From positions 1 through 64,000 of the forward strand of contig CAVXZB010000025.1 in assembly GCA_963765895.1 (NCBI GenBank): 64,000 bases of DNA, written 5' to 3'. A program made the position numbers and the translations under genes. Under the pieces are notes generated by a model that worked only from the letters and a program-made list of their open reading frames with translations, ran no database searches and was not told the origin of the DNA. This DNA is from an uncultured Nitrososphaeraceae archaeon. Its GTDB lineage: Archaea > Thermoproteota > Nitrososphaeria > Nitrososphaerales > Nitrososphaeraceae. Positions 60,200 to 64,000 of the stretch are shown in pieces. Position 1 is the first letter of the stretch; every line of letters starts with the position of its first letter.

Positions 60200-60470
60200 T
60201 AATGCGCGTTTGTCTGTTGGTAGACTATCGATAAATGATAGCGATACACAGACGAGTCTACAGTACGGTGTTTGGAGCGCTATTTGTTGGTAGACATGCG
60301 GATAAATCTTTTATTGCGAGATGTCAATTTATACATTGGATGTAGCATTTTCCATAATATTTATAATCCCCCGTGTGGCACATTTATATTAGAAGTCACT
60401 TTTTCCGGAATACTTATCCCGGATCTGATGGAATTTCCGATATAATCTGATTTGGATTACAAGAGACAAT
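60200..60470 (-). repeat. Repeat R, inverted diverged copy plus downstream motif
   Basis: TAGCATTTTCCATAATATTTATAATC and TTCCGGAATACTTATCCCGGA match the reverse complement of R. 60200-60245 matches the reverse complement of 13320-13365. Confidence 0.7.
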
Positions 60471-60474
60471 TAAT

Positions 60475-60710
60475 TACATGACTTATCCAACACACTGTAC
60501 AGGTACGTATTTTCTTTCTTTAAGTTCTCCAAACTTATCGGTAAATAGCCCTTCTTCTTTGCAGAATTAATGTTATACCTGATCATATAATTAGGATCGA
60601 AGTCCAATTGCCTTAACGGATTGCATCTATCAAACCACTCTTTAATATATCAGAAGCCTCTTCTGGTGAATATTTTCTAATATTAATAAGGTAAGGTGCC
60701 AGAACACATT
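60475..60710 (-). pseudogene. Second PriX-like primase C-terminal remnant
   Basis: VLAPYLINIRKYSPEEASDI..EWFDRCNPLRQLDFDPNYMIRYNINSAKKKGYLPISLENLKKENTYLYSVLDK. Confidence 0.7.
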
Positions 60711-60896
60711 GCGAAAGGGGAAGGAATATAGATACTCAAATTAGATTTAATCCAGTTCACTGCAAAAATATTCTTTTATATCTGTAATTTCATATCGAGA
60801 GTTGACATTTTCCGAACTTGTTTCTTAAACCTGTAACCTTAGTCATGAAACATTTTAAAAGAAATAGGTTATGCTCAATTACGAGCATAATTACGA

Positions 60897-61269
60897 CTAT
60901 GTTGATGTATGGTTACCAATGATTTCTATAAATCTGCTTTCTGGACCAACTAAAACAGTCAATACTCTGTCAGTATTCGTATTGTAAGTTTCTTTAAAGC
61001 TATTAAGGATGTTAGGACAAGTTCCAACACATATACCGCTTGGTTCTCCACTAATCCTGGTTACCGTCAATCTTGACAATGAATGGTGCATCCTGACCTG
61101 CAGCATTTTTGGAATCTATGACATGTCTAGGCAAGTTAACTTCTAATGCTCCTCCATTTGATTTGGGATTAACGGCGAGATCCAAGCTCTTTCTAGAAGG
61201 ATCTGACAATATTCCAACAAGTGAACCGTCTAGTATACTATACTTGATAGGAATAGTCTTTCCATTCAT
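60897..61269 (-). CDS. Thaumarchaeal surface-protein (PEFG-type) domain, frameshifted
   Basis: IKYSI..G, GALEVNLPRHVIDSK..DAPFIVKIDG, and RVLTV...SRFIEIIG. Confidence 0.6.
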
Positions 61270-62226
61270 TGTGAGATTGTATTGATTAGTAAATCCGGTC
61301 TTAAAAAAGTACCAATTATACGACTACTAACCTCGTCGTTATCGGGCCCTCCATGTTCGCCACAAACTGTGCGTTTGCAGTTTGAATGGTCAATATCGCA
61401 GTTTGTACTAACTAAGGTTATACCTAGGAACGAAGACAGGACCAAAAATGACGTCATATTTTTTGTTTTATTTTTCGGACAAAAATGTATAGACATTTAT
61501 GCAATAACAGAGTTCTAAACTATATATGCATATCTATATTACTCTTGAGAAAAAGAAATTCATAAAACTTTCAAAAATACTGATCATATTTGAAGGAACT
61601 GCATTAAGTCATCTGATTCAACCTCCAGAATCTGAGACTGGCACATTCGTTTGCGTATACTCGATACGCCGATGATATTTGCAGAGCTAATTAATCTTCT
61701 ATTAAATAGAGAGAAAAAGATAACATTAACGTATTCCTCAAGCGATGAAGAATATTATAAGAAGGATTAGGAAGAAGAAACTATGGAAGTAGTAAATCGC
61801 GCAAATCCAATTAAGCTCCATGCCATCAATAAAGAGGGAAGTACTATACCCAAGTAGATTCGTATTATTCGGTATAGGCTGGGTCCGATTAGAGCGATTT
61901 ATGTGTCCAGAACTTAGGATGAGCAATGCCAAGACATAGACTAGGTCAAGTCACATTGCTGATACTATTAAGGGGGAGTTTTTCTTTCATCGCGCGCTCC
62001 CCCTGCTACCACAGAAAGAAATTTTTCCCCTTATCCACTAAAATTATTTTTATGAGATCATCATGCCTTCAAAGCTTTCGTCAGTCTAGATATCCAAATC
62101 TAATTAAATTAGCCTTAATTTGCTTATCTGTTTTCAATTAGAATCAAGGCTTGAATAACGTCGTATCAATGCATCAAAACAGTGTATATATATACCTACA
62201 TGCGCTTTCTTTGTTCTGAAAAAAGA

Positions 62227-62520
62227 ATGTCAAAGTATACATTACTTATAAATTGGACAGAACAGGGAATAAGAAATGTCAAGGATACTATAAAACGAGC
62301 TAAATCATTTAAAGGTGCAGTAGAAAAAGCAGGTGGTAAATCTCTTGGTTTTTATTATACAATCGGAAGATATGACATGGTAGCGATGGTTGAAGCTCCG
62401 ACTGATGAGGCAATGGCATCAATATTATTCAGTCTTGGAAGTCTAGGCAATGTACGTACTGAAACACTTAAAACATTTTCAACGGATGAAACAGCTAACA
62501 TAATTGAAAAGTTGTCTTAG
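62227..62520 (+). CDS. GYD-domain protein
   Basis: WTEQG.RNVK, YTIGRYD and GNVRTETL. Confidence 0.9.
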   Translation: MSKYTLLINWTEQGIRNVKDTIKRAKSFKGAVEKAGGKSLGFYYTIGRYDMVAMVEAPTDEAMASILFSLGSLGNVRTETLKTFSTDETANIIEKLS

Positions 62521-62791
62521 GACATAGTGTATCCCATTTTTTTTTGTAAAAAGTCAGTTAAAGATTTTATTAGTTTTTTTATTGCATTGCCAATCAGAAT
62601 CGCAGCAGAATGAAAAATAGCTTATACAGGACTGATCTTGTCTTGCACAGCTGATTTGATTAGTAACGTCGAACACAAGCAGGCGCGCCCCTCAATCCAT
62701 CTCATATGTCCAGTTTGAATCGCCAGTGAAGGAAATCAGAGGCATATACAATTGTGTGATTTATCTGAAGCTTAAATCTGATCTCATATTA

Positions 62792-62915
62792 ACACCCAGG
62801 ATACCCGGATTATTTTCAACTCTTGAGAAGAATTTAACTTATCAATGGAATTAGATATTACATATATCAATGAAGTGTAGTTAGAATACAAAATTATCTC
62901 GGGTATCTCGGGTGC
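62792..62915 (+). repeat. CCCGGG inverted-repeat element, copy b
   Basis: ACACCCAGGATACCCGGA ... CTCGGGTATCTCGGGTGC. Confidence 0.8.
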
Positions 62916-63140
62916 AACTCTACGGAATATATCTGAAAGTCAAGTGCTCTTCTAATTATATTATGTTGGTATGACCTAAATAAATGGACAAGTTTGGAGC
63001 GGGCCCGTCGGTGTGTGAATCAAATTTGACCTAATGGAAGGCCCTTTTGATTGCCGGGCATAATGATGAGAACAAAAATACGATTGATACCAGCGGTTTG
63101 ACTGCCACGTTAAGATTGACTTGATGTGTAGATATTTATT

Positions 63141-63263
63141 ACACCCGGGATACCCGGGATAATCTTGTATTCTGATGGTCCTCTATATTCCCTCTTGTAC
63201 TGTACTTTTAATATATCTTGAACTCTTCCTTAGGTAGGAAAATAACCCGGGTATCCCGGGTGT
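63141..63263 (-). repeat. CCCGGG inverted-repeat element, copy c (perfect 18-bp IR)
   Basis: ACACCCGGGATACCCGGG and CCCGGGTATCCCGGGTGT. The interior is reversed relative to copies a and b. Confidence 0.9.
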
Positions 63264-63541
63264 GATGACTTTTTTTATCCAATTCTACAACGGATCTTAT
63301 GATTACACACCAAACCTCTACAACAATTACGTATTCTTGACTTCAATGCTGAAGGGCATGGGCATTTGCTCAGGCAATGTTATACAATAACTGCATAAGG
63401 GCAGGAACATCTACCTAGCAATTACATCCTGAATTAGGGAGCGTACATCTCGAATCAAAAGAGCTTCCCATCAATACAAGGATCCGACTGTGCATAGACT
63501 AGAGTTATTATTAAAGTCCCCAAACTGATTCACGACTATTT
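63264..63541 (+). pseudogene. Third, degenerate Zn-finger-like tail
   Basis: GATGACTTTTTTTAT (DDFFY) and TTACATCCTGAATTAGGGAGCGTACATCTCGAATC (LHPELGSVHLES) match 21737-21970. Confidence 0.65.
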
Positions 63542-63830
63542 GATTCTATTGATAGGTAAAACTATCAGACTTAGTGAATTTTCCAGAATTGCCTATTCCA
63601 TAGACTGATATCTATAGATAGTAGCAACTAGTCGATACAAATCAACATACTAATTCCGTTAATATGCAATAAGTTTAACACATTGGACAACATCGGATTT
63701 TTAACACATCCGGCATAATTATCCCGAAAATAACGTTATAATACAGATATGAGAGATGCCAGATTATAAGTATTATCAAAAATGCTGCATGCTACGTGTA
63801 GGTATACTGATTATGAGGCGCGCACCAAAT
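63542..63830 (+). repeat. Repeat R, copy 6
   Basis: GATTCTATTGATAGGTAAAACTATCAG ... TGCCAGATTATAAGTATTATCAAAAATGCTG ... TTATGAGGCGCGCACCAAAT. Confidence 0.9.
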
Positions 63831-64000
63831 AGGTAGGTATTATGGATAAGATCTATCTCGTAACACGACTACATTTTAAGCCGTAAGGGTGACGCCTCAA
63901 TTAATGGCTGATTATCAGTCAAGAATCATAATACATAGAGAGAATGAAATGAAAGAAAAGAGATATGGAATATGAAATCTACTATCATCCAAAACTACAT

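Noticed and set aside
62995-63035. GGAGCGGGCCCGTCGGTGTGTGAATC as a tRNA fragment
   Set aside because: The T-loop consensus is not met and no cloverleaf can be drawn.
13034-63830. R as integron attC or Xer dif sites
   Set aside because: No GTTRRRY/RYYYAAC boxes, no 11-6-11 dif arrangement identified, spacing far larger than single-gene cassettes, and no IntI or Xer gene in the window.

Overview
AT-rich window (roughly 35% GC by eye), most likely from a soil Nitrososphaerales (ammonia-oxidising archaeon) genome. That assignment is inferred from protein style: PriX-like, FxLYD, GYD, YVTN and SWIM domains and an MCM. Many genes are split by 1-bp indels, so a long-read assembly with uncorrected errors is likely. 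About 1.4-6.3 kb looks like ordinary metabolism: P5C dehydrogenase, proline dehydrogenase, a Nudix hydrolase and a tautomerase. The rest is an accessory patchwork: a divergent MCM helicase module, one IS5-like element with TIRs and an 8-bp TSD, HicA with a truncated HicB, a protease cluster and many secreted proteins. The main unexplained signal is a ~260-310 bp non-coding repeat family: 5 near-full and 1 truncated copy on +, 2 partial copies on -, plus fragments. Its 3' end is a conserved (T)GAGGCGCGC motif. It repeatedly follows the 3' tails of replication genes (PriX-like primase domain, 9-bp-period iteron clusters, Zn-finger tail) and abuts truncated genes. I interpret this as an eroded family of primase/helicase mobile elements with one conserved end. 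A second candidate system is an unannotated 32-aa signal-peptide gene predicted to release a pentapeptide, GATLN. No rRNA, complete tRNA, CRISPR array or integrase was recognised.
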